Shown: positions 49,397 through 60,124, counted from the first letter of the stretch. The stretch: DNA of 64,000 nt from an uncultured Leptospiraceae bacterium (GCA_964629365.1 CAZVRB010000001.1:38693-102692), one strand, 5' to 3'. Notes: generated from the letters alone by a model not told the origin. Translations and numbers: made by a program.

Positions 49397-49943
49397 TCCT
49401 GACTTTACTATTTATAAGTTTTTCCCTCATGTTTTTCAAATCCTTTACAAGGGATCCATCTATAACAAGATCATCAATCTTTATTACAATACCACCAAGA
49501 ATTGACTCATCCACGATCTCATCAATAATTATACTTTTGTTAAGCTTCTCTTCCATTGCCTTGACAATTTTTTTCTTTAAGTTATCATCAAGTTTACTAC
49601 TTGTGGTAATACTTACGCGCTGCCTGTTATTGATATCATCAATAAGATCCACCATTGAATCATATATTGAAGGGATCTCGTCCTGCCGATCGTTATCAAT
49701 TAAAATTTTTAGAAAATTTACAATAATTTCAGATAGCTCACCGGAAAATACTTTGTCAATAAATGCCTTCTTGGATTCACCGGATATCCCAGGGGAATTA
49801 AGGTACAACATCAGATCTTTATCACTTTTGGCAAGCTCAGCCACAAATGATATTTCCTCTTCTACCTTGGAAACAATGCCCTTTTCCTGGGCAAGATCCA
49901 GTAATGCACCCGCATAGACATTACTTACTTCACTTGATGCCAC
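49374..49943 (-). CDS. atpH: F1Fo ATP synthase delta subunit (OSCP)
   Basis: 189 aa, OSCP family, between atpF and atpA. Confidence 0.85.
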   Translation of the reverse strand: MASSEVSNVYAGALLDLAQEKGIVSKVEEEISFVAELAKSDKDLMLYLNSPGISGESKKAFIDKVFSGELSEIIVNFLKILIDNDRQDEIPSIYDSMVDLIDDINNRQRVSITTSSKLDDNLKKKIVKAMEEKLNKSIIIDEIVDESILGGIVIKIDDLVIDGSLVKDLKNMREKLINSKVRSEVAYED

Positions 49944-49989
49944 TTTACTATCCCTTTTCGATAAAGTGTTTATTAAGGACAGTTCAGGG

Positions 49990-50499
49990 TTACTGAACTG
50001 TCCTTAATTTTTCCAATGCTTCTTCAACAAGGGCTTTTTGATCATCAGGATTAAGATTTTTTGAAATCACCTTTGAAGCAATCTCAGTTGTTAATGTAAC
50101 AACCTCAGCCTGAATCTCAGTTAACGCCTTATCTTTAGCCAGTGTGATCTCTTTCCTGGCTCGCTCAACCATATCTTTAGCTTCCTGATTCGCTTTCTCA
50201 ACTATGGAATTCTTCAGCTTCTCCGCGTCGTTCTTTCCATCCGCAATTACCTGCTGCGCGTCATCTTTCGCCTTGTCCATCATCTGCCGATGCTCTTCAA
50301 AAAGCTTTTCAGCTTCAAGACGAGATTTTTCAGCAGCTTCGATGTCTCCGCGAATTTTTTCTGATCGCGCATCAAGAGCTTCTACTATCGGCTTCCACGC
50401 GGCTTTCCACAGAATCAGCAAGAGTACAATAAAGGTTATTATGGTCCACAAAAGTAAACCAGGATCAACCTTAAGTAAGCCTTCTTTCAAAACTTCCAT
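49990..50499 (-). CDS. atpF: F1Fo ATP synthase subunit b
   Basis: 169 aa. N-terminal TM helix and long charged helix. Confidence 0.85.
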   Translation of the reverse strand: MEVLKEGLLKVDPGLLLWTIITFIVLLLILWKAAWKPIVEALDARSEKIRGDIEAAEKSRLEAEKLFEEHRQMMDKAKDDAQQVIADGKNDAEKLKNSIVEKANQEAKDMVERARKEITLAKDKALTEIQAEVVTLTTEIASKVISKNLNPDDQKALVEEALEKLRTVQ

Positions 50500-50525
50500 A
50501 GTGAACTACCTGTCCATTAAAATTA

Positions 50526-50810
50526 TTATTCTGCCTGCTCAGCTGTCGGCTGCTCAACTTTCTGAGTTGGCATTTCAATTGGAGCTTTAGTCGCCAGCAT
50601 AAACGTAACAACGAGAGCGAAGAAAGTAAAACCCTCGATCAGAGCAGCAGCAATAATCATCGCTGTTCTCAGGTCACCACTAAGTTCAGGCTGTCGTGCC
50701 ATACCCTCAAGTGCGCCAGTTGCAAGCTTACCGATACCGAGAGCTGCACCAAAAACTATTAAGCCAGCTCCGAAACCTGCTGCTAGGTAAGAAAGGCCTA
50801 AGTATTCCAT
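50526..50810 (-). CDS. atpE: F1Fo ATP synthase subunit c
   Basis: Hairpin of two TM helices with the conserved carboxylate (AAALIEGFTFFALVV). Confidence 0.9.
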   Translation of the reverse strand: MEYLGLSYLAAGFGAGLIVFGAALGIGKLATGALEGMARQPELSGDLRTAMIIAAALIEGFTFFALVVTFMLATKAPIEMPTQKVEQPTAEQAE

Positions 50811-50899
50811 TGACTCCTCCTACGTATTTGTAATAAATAATTTAGTTACGTAATCGTGTACATTTGTACAACAGTACTTCTCTATTGAAAAGACTCAGC

Positions 50900-51820
50900 C
50901 TAATGCGAATGCATTGAGTCTCCAATAAACATAGCTGATAGAACGGCAAATATGTACGCCTGGATAAAGGCCACAAGAAGCTCGAGAAGGTATATCATAA
51001 GAGAACCCGCCACCGAGCCAATCCCTACCCAGTAATTCTGAAACATCATAACAAGATATATAAATATTATGATTACAACATGTCCTGCCGTCATATTGGC
51101 AAAAAGACGAACAGTCAACGCAAATGGCTTTATCAACAAACCAATCAACTCTATGGGAAACATGAGCGGTATAACAAAACCGGGAACACCCTTGGGGACA
51201 AGCCCTGTCCAGTATCCAATGGGCCCCTGCTTAATCATGCCTATAAACAACATCCCAAGCAAGGTGAGAATAGACAGGCCTGCTGTTACCGCAAGGTTGC
51301 CAGTTGCTGTTGACATCCCCGGCACCTGACCCAGAAGATTTGCAAAGAGGACAAAGAAAAAGATACTTAAAAAATACGGCATGGCTTTCTTGACATAATG
51401 GTGATCAAAATTTGGCTCAACGATCTCATCATGTACAAACCCGATAAGAACCTCCCAGAGATTCACCCACCGTGATTTCGAACCATATGCATTTTTCCTG
51501 ATTTTTCTTGCGATTGGAACAAAAATTATAATACAAAGAACAGAAACAACCCACATCATGAGAACCATTTTTGTTATTCTCATGTCAAAAAATCCAAAAA
51601 GCTTCTCGCTGAGATATAACTCGTTTATCCGACCAATAAAACCATCATGCAGCACGTGATCCATAAGGTGATGTAAAACGATATCATACATCGACTCTTT
51701 CTCACCATGACCGCCGCCTGAACTAATAAATGTCTGGAATCCCTGTAGAAGATGAATCATAGCCCGGTTCACCTCGTCATTATTATATAAAGAAGCAATG
51801 CCAGTAAAACCTACATCCAC
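50900..51820 (-). CDS. atpB: F1Fo ATP synthase subunit a
   Basis: Polytopic membrane protein with a conserved Arg-containing helix (FALTVRLFANMTAGH). Confidence 0.9.
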   Translation of the reverse strand: MDVGFTGIASLYNNDEVNRAMIHLLQGFQTFISSGGGHGEKESMYDIVLHHLMDHVLHDGFIGRINELYLSEKLFGFFDMRITKMVLMMWVVSVLCIIIFVPIARKIRKNAYGSKSRWVNLWEVLIGFVHDEIVEPNFDHHYVKKAMPYFLSIFFFVLFANLLGQVPGMSTATGNLAVTAGLSILTLLGMLFIGMIKQGPIGYWTGLVPKGVPGFVIPLMFPIELIGLLIKPFALTVRLFANMTAGHVVIIIFIYLVMMFQNYWVGIGSVAGSLMIYLLELLVAFIQAYIFAVLSAMFIGDSMHSH

Positions 51821-52089
51821 TTCCTTCTATCATTGTTTCCAGCCTGGTCGCCCTGATCATCCTCTGAACTTTTCTTAATCATCCTGTCCAGCTCAGAAAG
51901 ACTTTTCATAAGGTTATAAAACCCGACGCCCATTCCTATCACAGTACCCAGTAAAACAAACCAGGGACTCGACCCGTATCGTTCATCCAGCCAGTGCCCT
52001 CCGAACAGAAAAAGCAAAAGGATTGCGGCAAGCTGTATGCCGATAGTTGAATACGCGAGTATAAGTCTCGAATAATTTTTCTTTGCCAA
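51811..52089 (-). CDS. AtpZ/AtpI-like small membrane protein preceding ATP synthase genes
   Basis: 92 aa, two TM helices, immediately upstream of atpB with a 10-nt overlap. Confidence 0.6.
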   Translation of the reverse strand: MAKKNYSRLILAYSTIGIQLAAILLLFLFGGHWLDERYGSSPWFVLLGTVIGMGVGFYNLMKSLSELDRMIKKSSEDDQGDQAGNNDRRKWM

Positions 52090-52445
52090 GAGACTGTATC
52101 ACATCCTCAGATTCGATTTCCATACAAACACGATAAGGTTTTTTGTCAACAAAATAAGTACGCAAATTTTTAAAAAAATTTTTGGCACCGCCGAAAACAT
52201 GCTATATTTATTTGGTTTGTGTATATATTAATTTATATTTCACTATTGTCGGATGCATGCATTTATTTATTATCATTTTATACTTTCGAATATATATTAT
52301 AATTATTTCATTCTAATTTACTCAACCAGCAAAAACTTCTCTGCGCGTTGTTTCGTCTAACTCTCAATAATTAATCCTCCTGGTTATTAAGTGGATCAGT
52401 CAAGTTGTCGATATTAATTGTGCAGATGAGAGTCTACTCAAAAAT

Positions 52446-52718
52446 ATGTTTCCAGGGTATATAATGAAACTATCAGTGAAACTAGTGGCGCAAGACAATG
52501 AATTTATCGCGAACTGTCCCGAGCTCGATATCAGCTGTTACGGGGCTGACAGGGGTGAAGCTATACGGCGGATACACAATGTACTTTTCTTCTATATACA
52601 GTCTGCAAAAGAACTTGGCCTTGAAATAGAATCATTTGACTCCATCTCAATTGAAGGCGAGCAAAAATCAATAGTTGATGAAGATGGATTTCTGCCCGCC
52701 ATCCCCAATGTTCATTAG
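52446..52718 (+). CDS. HicB-like / UPF0150 family antitoxin-like protein (orphan)
   Basis: KLSVKLVAQDNEFIANCPELDISCYGADRGEAIRRIHNVL matches the HicB N-terminal RNase-H-like fold pattern. Real start probably MKLSV at 52464. No HicA partner seen. Confidence 0.45.
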   Translation: MFPGYIMKLSVKLVAQDNEFIANCPELDISCYGADRGEAIRRIHNVLFFYIQSAKELGLEIESFDSISIEGEQKSIVDEDGFLPAIPNVH

Positions 52719-52743
52719 TATATATATTATCCGAACCGGAGAG

Positions 52744-54147
52744 TTACTCCCCTTCCAGTTCGGATTCATCTATCTTCAACTTGTATTCCTCAAGTATTTG
52801 CTCTCTCCACTCCCTGATATTTTCTGCCTGCTTTTTCCTCTTTATCAGGGCTTCTATCCTGCCCTTTACCTTTGAGTAGGGTTCAACCTTCTTGGTTCTT
52901 TTTCCATTGCTTTTCACTATTGTGTAATAGCGCTCATTTTTATTGTTGCTGTACTCGGCCATCATTTCCTTCGGTGTAACAGTAACACCCTTTGACCCGA
53001 CATGGTTCATGTACTCTCTTGCCAGCAGCAAATCCTGTCGATTTTTTACGTTTTCAATATAATCCGGATCATCCACAATACCCTTATTCACTGCCTCCCG
53101 CTTCAGCAACTCAAACTTGAAGGTATTATCTGCTATGGCAACTTTCTTCTCATCAGTAGCATCAATTCTGTCTTTACCAGCACGCTGCAACCTTTGTTTA
53201 AAACGCTTATTGTACATTTCTATTCGTTTTTCCAGATCTGCAACAGTATATACTTTCTCTCCTACTTTGAAAACAACAGCATCGGTGTTCCTACTGGTTA
53301 CGTTTTTTTCATTAAATACGACATCATCTTTATTTGTCAGATTATCAAGATACTTCTGCGCTGTTTTACGATACAAACGACTTTTCAGCCGTTTCACCTG
53401 TACCTTGTCCTCAATTATATCATCAATGTTTTCTGGTGTAATTACATCCTTTTCGTCTACCTTGATAATATATAGTCCCTTGGCGGTTACCACTGGTTCT
53501 TTAGTAAATTCTTCCTCCTGAAGTTTAAACGCGGCATCTGCATATTCCGGCAATAACATGTCACGGACAACGTATCCGATATCTCCGCCTTTCTTCTTTG
53601 AAAAATCATCAGAATACTTTTCAGCAAATTTTCCAAAGTCGCCGCCCTTCCCGAGCTCTTCAATTATCATTGCAGCTTTTTGTTTTGCCCTGGAAAATGC
53701 CTGTGTAAGCTCTTTCCCAGCCAGGGGTACTCGTTTCCCGTTTTTTATTTTAAAATCACGCACCTTAAGAAATATGTGCCGTATCTTTATTGCAGGTTCT
53801 TTGAAATTCGCTTTATCTTTTATCTCTTTTGTATACAGCAGTTTCATTAACTGGGATTCTGTAGCCATTTCCGCCACAGCCTGAAAATCAGGTGATGTAT
53901 CGAAGCCTTCGTTCTTCGCCTTTTGAATGGCAATTTTTTCAATTGCCATCATGGTCAGCTTGTCCTTCTGCTGTTTTTTATTCTTAAGTATTGATTCCCT
54001 GGCCCATTGTTTTGCATCTATCCAGTTATGAAATTCCCCTCTTGTAATAGTGCCATCTTTATAAGAAGCCAGGATATCAGAATCGCTTTTACATCCCAAA
54101 ATCGACAGGGCAAAAAGAGCCACCACCAGTACTGTCCATCGTTTCAT
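52744..54147 (-). CDS. SurA/PrsA-like peptidyl-prolyl cis-trans isomerase (parvulin domain), lipoprotein-like signal
   Basis: 467 aa. Signal with LSILGC. SurA-like N-terminal chaperone region. PpiC-type parvulin domain (KIRHIFLKV...GGDIGYV...GLYIIKV). Confidence 0.75.
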   Translation of the reverse strand: MKRWTVLVVALFALSILGCKSDSDILASYKDGTITRGEFHNWIDAKQWARESILKNKKQQKDKLTMMAIEKIAIQKAKNEGFDTSPDFQAVAEMATESQLMKLLYTKEIKDKANFKEPAIKIRHIFLKVRDFKIKNGKRVPLAGKELTQAFSRAKQKAAMIIEELGKGGDFGKFAEKYSDDFSKKKGGDIGYVVRDMLLPEYADAAFKLQEEEFTKEPVVTAKGLYIIKVDEKDVITPENIDDIIEDKVQVKRLKSRLYRKTAQKYLDNLTNKDDVVFNEKNVTSRNTDAVVFKVGEKVYTVADLEKRIEMYNKRFKQRLQRAGKDRIDATDEKKVAIADNTFKFELLKREAVNKGIVDDPDYIENVKNRQDLLLAREYMNHVGSKGVTVTPKEMMAEYSNNKNERYYTIVKSNGKRTKKVEPYSKVKGRIEALIKRKKQAENIREWREQILEEYKLKIDESELEGE

Positions 54148-54450
54148 GTTACTACTCCTTGGATTTAAAATTTTTGATCAATTGAAAGGTTCACTTATTA
54201 ATACGTAAATACAGAGGTATTAATAAAAATTTTTTTATGTTTTCATCATTATCATTTAAAATAATTGTTTTTCTGCTACAATTGATATTGAGATAAAAAA
54301 TAAATGTCAATATGATTTTTTCATGGGCATCAAAGCGGCAGTTCAGGGTTTTTTTATCAAATACTATTGACAATTTATATCTACTTTGCAATACTCCATG
54401 TATACTGTTAGATGTAATAATGCCATAGCATCAGGTGTGGTGCGTAACAC

Positions 54451-54996
54451 ATGAAAGACAATCTGTATTATCAGAACAAGCTTAAATGTATTCTAAGCAA
54501 TGAGTTCACCGGGCAACCGGATGTGGACAATGAAACCCTTATAGAATTTGGCTACGATGCGGTTGAACAGGGGGAATACAGAAGAGCCTTTCAGCTTTTC
54601 AGCATCGGATTTAGAATTCAGGGTAACGACCCCGATCTTCTCAACGGAATGGGTATCACCCTCTGCGAGATGGGGAAACTGAAATTCTCCAAGAACATAC
54701 TGCTGGCAGCCGAGAAAAAATATCCGAATCACGCAATCACACTTGCTAATCTTGCCGGTGTATACTGGGAAGAGTGTGATCATGACAGGGCCCTTTATTT
54801 TTATACCCGGGCATTAAAATGCGATCCATCACTCATAGAGGTACATTTTAACCTCATTAATCTTTATTATGAAAAAGGGGACCTTTTCATGGCTTATATC
54901 GCCTGCCTTAACCTGATTACCATAGATCCTGATAATGAACAGGCCATTGAACTTCGTGACGACATCATATTAAACCTGGGAATTTCGCTATTCTGA
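54451..54996 (+). CDS. TPR repeat protein
   Basis: 181 aa with TPR consensus repeats. Confidence 0.65.
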   Translation: MKDNLYYQNKLKCILSNEFTGQPDVDNETLIEFGYDAVEQGEYRRAFQLFSIGFRIQGNDPDLLNGMGITLCEMGKLKFSKNILLAAEKKYPNHAITLANLAGVYWEECDHDRALYFYTRALKCDPSLIEVHFNLINLYYEKGDLFMAYIACLNLITIDPDNEQAIELRDDIILNLGISLF

Positions 54997-55503
54997 AAGG
55001 ATGGGTTGCAACTCACCGGTAAGGTCAACCTTCCATTCTCCTGATTGATTAACCAGTTCATATGAAACAGTAAATCCTCTGGCATTCTCGTTTGGATGGT
55101 CTACACACTGTAAGGTAATTTGTGAATTGCCGGGATGTGTCTTTTCATCGGTGATGATAAATTCAGCATCCGGTGAGTGATGGGCTGTAATGAGAGCCAG
55201 GGGACTTACCACCCCTGTTTTTTTCTGAATTTCTATAAGCATCTTTTGAGAACCCGGGGTGAGGTATTCCTTCAGTTTTTCGGGTGCATCTTCATGAAGA
55301 TACCGCATTATAACCTTTTCCGGATTATCCCCTTTTGTAGAACAAGAGGGGGACATATACACCAGGATAGAACATACAATCATGAAGAGCAGCATGTTCT
55401 TTCGTGGTTTTGCTTTGTTGATTCTCATATTAGCATTACTCCCAGGATTTCCTGTAAGAGAGACGCTCCTTGAGAGTATAGAAATCACTTCCCTTGGGTA
55501 CAT
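54988..55503 (-). CDS. Hypothetical lipoprotein (start probably at MRINK..., about 55431)
   Basis: Signal peptide with Cys (MIVCSILVYMSPSC), then a small beta-rich domain. Confidence 0.4.
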   Translation of the reverse strand: MYPREVISILSRSVSLTGNPGSNANMRINKAKPRKNMLLFMIVCSILVYMSPSCSTKGDNPEKVIMRYLHEDAPEKLKEYLTPGSQKMLIEIQKKTGVVSPLALITAHHSPDAEFIITDEKTHPGNSQITLQCVDHPNENARGFTVSYELVNQSGEWKVDLTGELQPILSE

Positions 55504-56635
55504 CTCGAAGCTTTGTTTTCAACGTGTCTGAATCAATCAGTTCACTGAATGGCACCGCTTTAAGATCAAAATTATCTGTTACCGACACCATTATCCCGAA
55601 AGTATCCTCAGAATAAAACTTGTAGGCTCCATAACCAAGCATGCTTCCAAGAACCACATCAAAACTTATGGGGGGAGATGACCTGGTCTCGTAACCTATC
55701 TGTTTCGGGGTAACTTTCACTTCAAGCCCGGTTTTCTCCATGTACAGGGCTTTTACCCTTTCTGCCAGGATTCTCGATATTTGCGCTTCACGATACAGGA
55801 TATTGCCATGCTTATCTGTTTCAGTGGGTTTCATTTCGTCGGGAAGTTTATCCACGATTCCCTCTGACACGGCAATAACCCCGTAGGGCCTTCTATTGTT
55901 CTCCCTGGCGATAATTGTATTAGTAATATCTTCTACCAGTTGCTCAATATCAAGTGTATCTCCGGGTATATCCTCGGCAGCAACCATCATTATAGCCTCA
56001 GCGGCAATACCCGCGGCATAGGTTATCCATCCCGCTTTTCTTCCCATCAGCTCAACTATAAAAAAGCTGTCGGTGGCCTGGGCGTCTGCTTTCAGGTTCA
56101 GTATATTTTTCTGTGCAGCATCAACCGCTGTCCAGTAACCGAAGGTCCAGGGGATTCCGAAATAATCATTATCTATTGTTTTGGGGATATGTATAATCGG
56201 AAACCCGAGTATATGCAGAAAATTAGCTGTTTTCAAAGTATCATCACCACCGATTGAAACAAGGGCACCTATGTTCAGGTATTCACATGCATCAACAATA
56301 TTTTTTAACCGGCTGTTTTTCCCTGCATCTTTTAACTCATCAATGGTATTAATCCCTTTTCCAGGGTTAGCCCGTGATGTCCTTAAAAATATTCCCCGCT
56401 CGTTTCTCACCTGGGTTATTTCATAATTTATTTCTGTATAATGAGTTCCTTTTTTAAGCTTTGGATAGTTAATATTAAAATCCTGCATAAATTCATAACC
56501 GCGGTAGAAACCGATTACCGGCACCCCGTGATCGAGAAAATTCAGGGCAGTGGATGATATTACCGTGTTGGCACTTGGTGCGGGTCCGCCTGAAAATAGA
56601 ATTCCCACTTTCTTATGCTTTAGCTTCGTTGTCAT
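55436..56635 (-). CDS. pfp: 6-phosphofructokinase, probably pyrophosphate-dependent (Pfp type)
   Basis: 399 aa. PFK family motifs (GILFSGGPAPSAN, SIGGDDT, MGR) with Asp in GGDDT, characteristic of PPi-dependent enzymes. Confidence 0.7.
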   Translation of the reverse strand: MTTKLKHKKVGILFSGGPAPSANTVISSTALNFLDHGVPVIGFYRGYEFMQDFNINYPKLKKGTHYTEINYEITQVRNERGIFLRTSRANPGKGINTIDELKDAGKNSRLKNIVDACEYLNIGALVSIGGDDTLKTANFLHILGFPIIHIPKTIDNDYFGIPWTFGYWTAVDAAQKNILNLKADAQATDSFFIVELMGRKAGWITYAAGIAAEAIMMVAAEDIPGDTLDIEQLVEDITNTIIARENNRRPYGVIAVSEGIVDKLPDEMKPTETDKHGNILYREAQISRILAERVKALYMEKTGLEVKVTPKQIGYETRSSPPISFDVVLGSMLGYGAYKFYSEDTFGIMVSVTDNFDLKAVPFSELIDSDTLKTKLRDVPKGSDFYTLKERLSYRKSWE

Positions 56636-56787
56636 TTCGATTTACTCCATCTCACACAATAAGTTTATCTGGTAGTATCAATTAGTTCCGGTACTGCACT
56701 ATATTACCTTTGTTACTACATTTGAAGAATTTTTTTCGAAAAAAGGACAAATTAGCGCAGGATACGCATAGCGATCAATACCTTAAT

Positions 56788-56825
56788 CTATCACACACAA
56801 ATGGCTGGTTATAAAAACCAGCCAT
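56788..56825 (-). terminator. Rho-independent terminator-like hairpin (10-bp perfect stem ATGGCTGGTT/AACCAGCCAT)
   Basis: Read directly, 70 nt downstream of the acetyl-CoA synthetase beta subunit gene on the minus strand, followed by a TTGTGTGTG tract. Confidence 0.5.
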
Positions 56826-56894
56826 AGTTACATAATTGATACTTATTTGAATGTAAATTATACCATTCGTCAAATCAAAAAAAGATTTATCACT

Positions 56895-57626
56895 TCATTT
56901 TTTCAGAATAACAAGTGCATCTACTGCAACAGGATTACCCTTTTCTATAACAAGCGGATTTATATCAATTTCCGCTATCTCTTCATATTCACTTGAAAGG
57001 TTTCCAATTCCTACTATCGCTTCTGCCAGCTTTTTTTTATCAACAGGTGAACTTCCCCTGAATTCACCCAGCAGCTTCTGTGTTCTTATTTCATCAATCA
57101 TCTCCATGGCATCCACTTCTGTTAATGGTGCCACTCGAAATGATACGTCCTTCAGTGCTTCTGTGAATATACCACCAAGACCGAACATTACGCAGGGGCC
57201 GAACTGGGGATCTCTTGTCATACCAATTACAAATTCACGATTATCACCCTCCACCCATTCCTGTACAATCACCCCGTCGAGATCAACCCCCTTTGATGTT
57301 ATCTCGTCATACGCTTCAGCAACCTCATCAGGGGTTTTCAATTTAAGCTTCACCATACCCATCTCGGTTTTATGCGTTAAGGAAGGCGAGCAGCCTTTCA
57401 GTGCCACCGGGTATCCTGACGTGGCAGCCATTTGTACCGCTTCATCCCTGCTGGTTGCCAGCCTGTTGCCGGAAACAACAACACCTGCAGTCTCAACAAC
57501 TCTCTTCGACTCATATTCGGAAAGCGCCGCTTGCTTTCTCTCTACTGCTGTCATAATTATTTCACGCATTTTTAGTTTCTCCTTTTGGCCAGATACCGTG
57601 AATAGTGATACATCTTCTGAAGACAC
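56895..57626 (-). CDS. Acetyl-CoA synthetase (ADP-forming) beta subunit, ATP-grasp domain
   Basis: ATP-grasp_5 type sequence (GYPVALKGCSPSLTHKTEMGMVKL...GGIFTE). Follows the alpha-subunit gene. Confidence 0.7.
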   Translation of the reverse strand: MSSEDVSLFTVSGQKEKLKMREIIMTAVERKQAALSEYESKRVVETAGVVVSGNRLATSRDEAVQMAATSGYPVALKGCSPSLTHKTEMGMVKLKLKTPDEVAEAYDEITSKGVDLDGVIVQEWVEGDNREFVIGMTRDPQFGPCVMFGLGGIFTEALKDVSFRVAPLTEVDAMEMIDEIRTQKLLGEFRGSSPVDKKKLAEAIVGIGNLSSEYEEIAEIDINPLVIEKGNPVAVDALVILKK

Positions 57627-59116
57627 AGCACCGCCTCTTCAGGCGACCCGTATATAACAAGCTTGTACTTACTTCCTTTTAACTGGTGAACCATCTCATC
57701 ATAGTCAGTTTTAGCAAGGGACACGGGAAGAATGGGTTTCCCGTATTTTTCAGTGATCAGGATAATCTTATCAAGAAAATCCATCTGGTATTGATCAAGA
57801 TTATCCTTGAACTTCTGATACTCTTCTTTGCTGAGATTACCAAGGTTCATGGCTGCTTCTGCCGCTCTCAATGCGAATTGTTTTGAACCCACCATACCAA
57901 GTGTTATTATGGCATCAAAGGAATCTGACGCGGCCATATACTCTATTGACTCTTCGAATAAAACGATATCGGGCTGACCAACAAGGTCAACCGGATTTGC
58001 CTTGCTCCAGAAAGGAGGCAGTCGCTTGTCCAGTTTTTCCATTACATCGGCAGGAAGCTGGGGAATGCTAAGGTCCCGTTCCTCACACTCATCGGCTGTC
58101 ACCACTCCCCATCCTCCACCAAGGGTAATTATACCAACCCTGTTATCAGCCGGTACCGGAAAACTGTCAAAAGCCGCCGAAAGAGTGAGTAGTTCAGACG
58201 GGGTACGGGCGATTACAATACCTGTCTGCTTCATAACACTTTCAAAGATTACATGCGACCCTGACATGGCGCCGGTGTGAGACTGGGCGGCCTGGCTTCC
58301 GCTTTGCGTTCTACCCGCCTTAAGGGCAATCACCGGTTTTCTGGCAGTCACCCGGGAGGCCACATCCATAAAGCGTTTGCCGTCGTCAATACCTTCTATA
58401 TACATCAACACCACGCTGGTGTCCTCGTCATCCATGAAATATTCGAGGTAGTCCTCAACCTTTAATACACCCTCGTTACCCGAGCCCACGAATTTGGCAA
58501 TACCAATCTTTTCCTGCTCGGCCCATTCCATTATCTGGTTTCCCAGGTTTCCACTCTGGGCAACGATGGAGATGCCTCCGGGTACAGGTCGTACAATTGA
58601 ACCGGTGGCATATAAGCTGCAATGGGTATTGACGATCCCCATGGTATTTGGGCCAACGATGTGCATACCGTTTTCAATGGCGAAGCGTTCCACCTCTTTC
58701 TCCATCCGGGCCCCGTCCTCCCCCGTTTCGCTGAACCCTGATGTTACCATTACCACGTTGGTCACCCCGGAATCCCTGCAATCTTCCAGAACTGCCATTA
58801 CCGTCTGGGCCGGAGTGGTGATAAACACGAGGTCTACCTTATCCTCTATATCTCTTACGGACTTATATGTTTCCCTGCCAAAGACGATGGATTTTGAAAC
58901 AGATACCGGGTACACTTTACCGGTAAATCCCCCGTCAAGAATGTTGCTCATGATATACGCCCCCCACTTAAAGAGGGTATCACTGGCACCCACTATGGCT
59001 ATTGATCGGGGACAAAAAAGTGAATGAAGATTCATACGGGCCGACCTCTGATTTTTTTGTTTTATTGTATTACATGAATGACTCAGGTTAGTGTATGTGC
59101 TGCATGAATCAAGCAA
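57572..59116 (-). CDS. Acetyl-CoA synthetase (ADP-forming) alpha subunit (CoA-binding plus succinyl-CoA-synthetase-like domains)
   Basis: 514 aa. N-terminal CoA-binding Rossmann (IAIVGASD...GKVYPV), catalytic His-loop region (GHTGAMSG-like). Confidence 0.75.
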   Translation of the reverse strand: MLDSCSTYTNLSHSCNTIKQKNQRSARMNLHSLFCPRSIAIVGASDTLFKWGAYIMSNILDGGFTGKVYPVSVSKSIVFGRETYKSVRDIEDKVDLVFITTPAQTVMAVLEDCRDSGVTNVVMVTSGFSETGEDGARMEKEVERFAIENGMHIVGPNTMGIVNTHCSLYATGSIVRPVPGGISIVAQSGNLGNQIMEWAEQEKIGIAKFVGSGNEGVLKVEDYLEYFMDDEDTSVVLMYIEGIDDGKRFMDVASRVTARKPVIALKAGRTQSGSQAAQSHTGAMSGSHVIFESVMKQTGIVIARTPSELLTLSAAFDSFPVPADNRVGIITLGGGWGVVTADECEERDLSIPQLPADVMEKLDKRLPPFWSKANPVDLVGQPDIVLFEESIEYMAASDSFDAIITLGMVGSKQFALRAAEAAMNLGNLSKEEYQKFKDNLDQYQMDFLDKIILITEKYGKPILPVSLAKTDYDEMVHQLKGSKYKLVIYGSPEEAVLCLQKMYHYSRYLAKRRN

Positions 59117-59137
59117 AAAAAAGGGAGATTTGATTTA

Positions 59138-60124
59138 TCAGTATCCCCTTCTTCGCTGCTGGGATTCCCAGTTCCATGCTGACCGGACTATCTCATCAAT
59201 TTCAGGGTACTGTGGATCCCACCCCAGTTCTTCACGTGCCCTGCTGGCCGACGCTACCAGGATGGCGGGATCACCCGGACGTCGTTCTCCTTCTTTCACT
59301 GAAAGGTCTTTGCCTGTTACCCTTTTTACAGAATCAATAACTTCTTTTACAGAGAAACCCAGCCCGTTGCCGAGATTATATACCCGTGTTTGTGGTGTTT
59401 TCATCAGGTTTTCAAGTGCCAGTATGTGTGCCATTGCCAGGTCATTCACGTGTATATAATCGCGAACGCATGTTCCGTCTTCAGTTTCATAATCAGTGCC
59501 GAATATGGTTATGGTATACTCGGGGTCCAGTATCGCCCGGATTACCAGGGGGATGAGATGGGTTTCGGGGACATGTCCTTCTCCCATCTGTCCTGAAGGA
59601 TCGGCCCCCGCGGCGTTGAAATACCGCAAGCTTACTGACTTGAACTGGTCAGATACATCCAGGTCGCGCAGCACTTCTTCTATAAAATACTTTGTTTTAC
59701 CATAAGGACTTTCGGGATGCAGCCTGCTGTCTTCACTGATCGGCACTTCTTCGGGTGTACCGTACACTGCGGCAGATGATGAAAAAATGAATCTCTTCAC
59801 ATCAGCATCAAGCATTGCCCGGAACATGGTAAATGTTTTCGCTACATTATTGTCATAATACATCAGGGGTTTGTTTACTGATTCACCTACCGCGATATAA
59901 GAAGCGAAGTTCATCACGCATGCTATATCATGGCTTTTCAGCACCTCGCTAACGTGCTGGTAGTCTCCAATGTCACCCTCGATAACATCAAACTCTTCAA
60001 CAAAATCACGAAACCCGGTGGAGAAATTGTCATATACAATTGGTATAAAGTTTCTCCTGGCCAGCAGATGAACAACATGGGAACCGATATACCCGGCGCC
60101 CCCGGTAACCAGAATTTTTGTCAT
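59138..60124 (-). CDS. galE: UDP-glucose 4-epimerase
   Basis: 328 aa. TGGAGYIGSH NAD-binding motif, SDR catalytic YxxxK (YGKTK). Confidence 0.85.
   Translation of the reverse strand: MTKILVTGGAGYIGSHVVHLLARRNFIPIVYDNFSTGFRDFVEEFDVIEGDIGDYQHVSEVLKSHDIACVMNFASYIAVGESVNKPLMYYDNNVAKTFTMFRAMLDADVKRFIFSSSAAVYGTPEEVPISEDSRLHPESPYGKTKYFIEEVLRDLDVSDQFKSVSLRYFNAAGADPSGQMGEGHVPETHLIPLVIRAILDPEYTITIFGTDYETEDGTCVRDYIHVNDLAMAHILALENLMKTPQTRVYNLGNGLGFSVKEVIDSVKRVTGKDLSVKEGERRPGDPAILVASASRAREELGWDPQYPEIDEIVRSAWNWESQQRRRGY

Noticed and set aside
52090-52445. 355-bp AT-rich region upstream of atpZ examined for a small RNA or HicA-like ORF
   Set aside because: No convincing ORF, and no conserved structure recognisable by eye. 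Best interpreted as the ATP synthase operon promoter/UTR.
54148-54450. TTGACA-n17-AATACT promoter-like match in the divergent SurA-like/TPR intergenic region
   Set aside because: Plausible sigma-70-like spacing but a weak -10, and many similar matches occur in AT-rich spacers. Not reported as a feature without transcript data.
58494-59027. 177-aa plus-strand ORF inside the acetyl-CoA synthetase alpha gene
   Set aside because: Antisense shadow ORF. The minus frame gives a clear CoA-binding/ligase protein.
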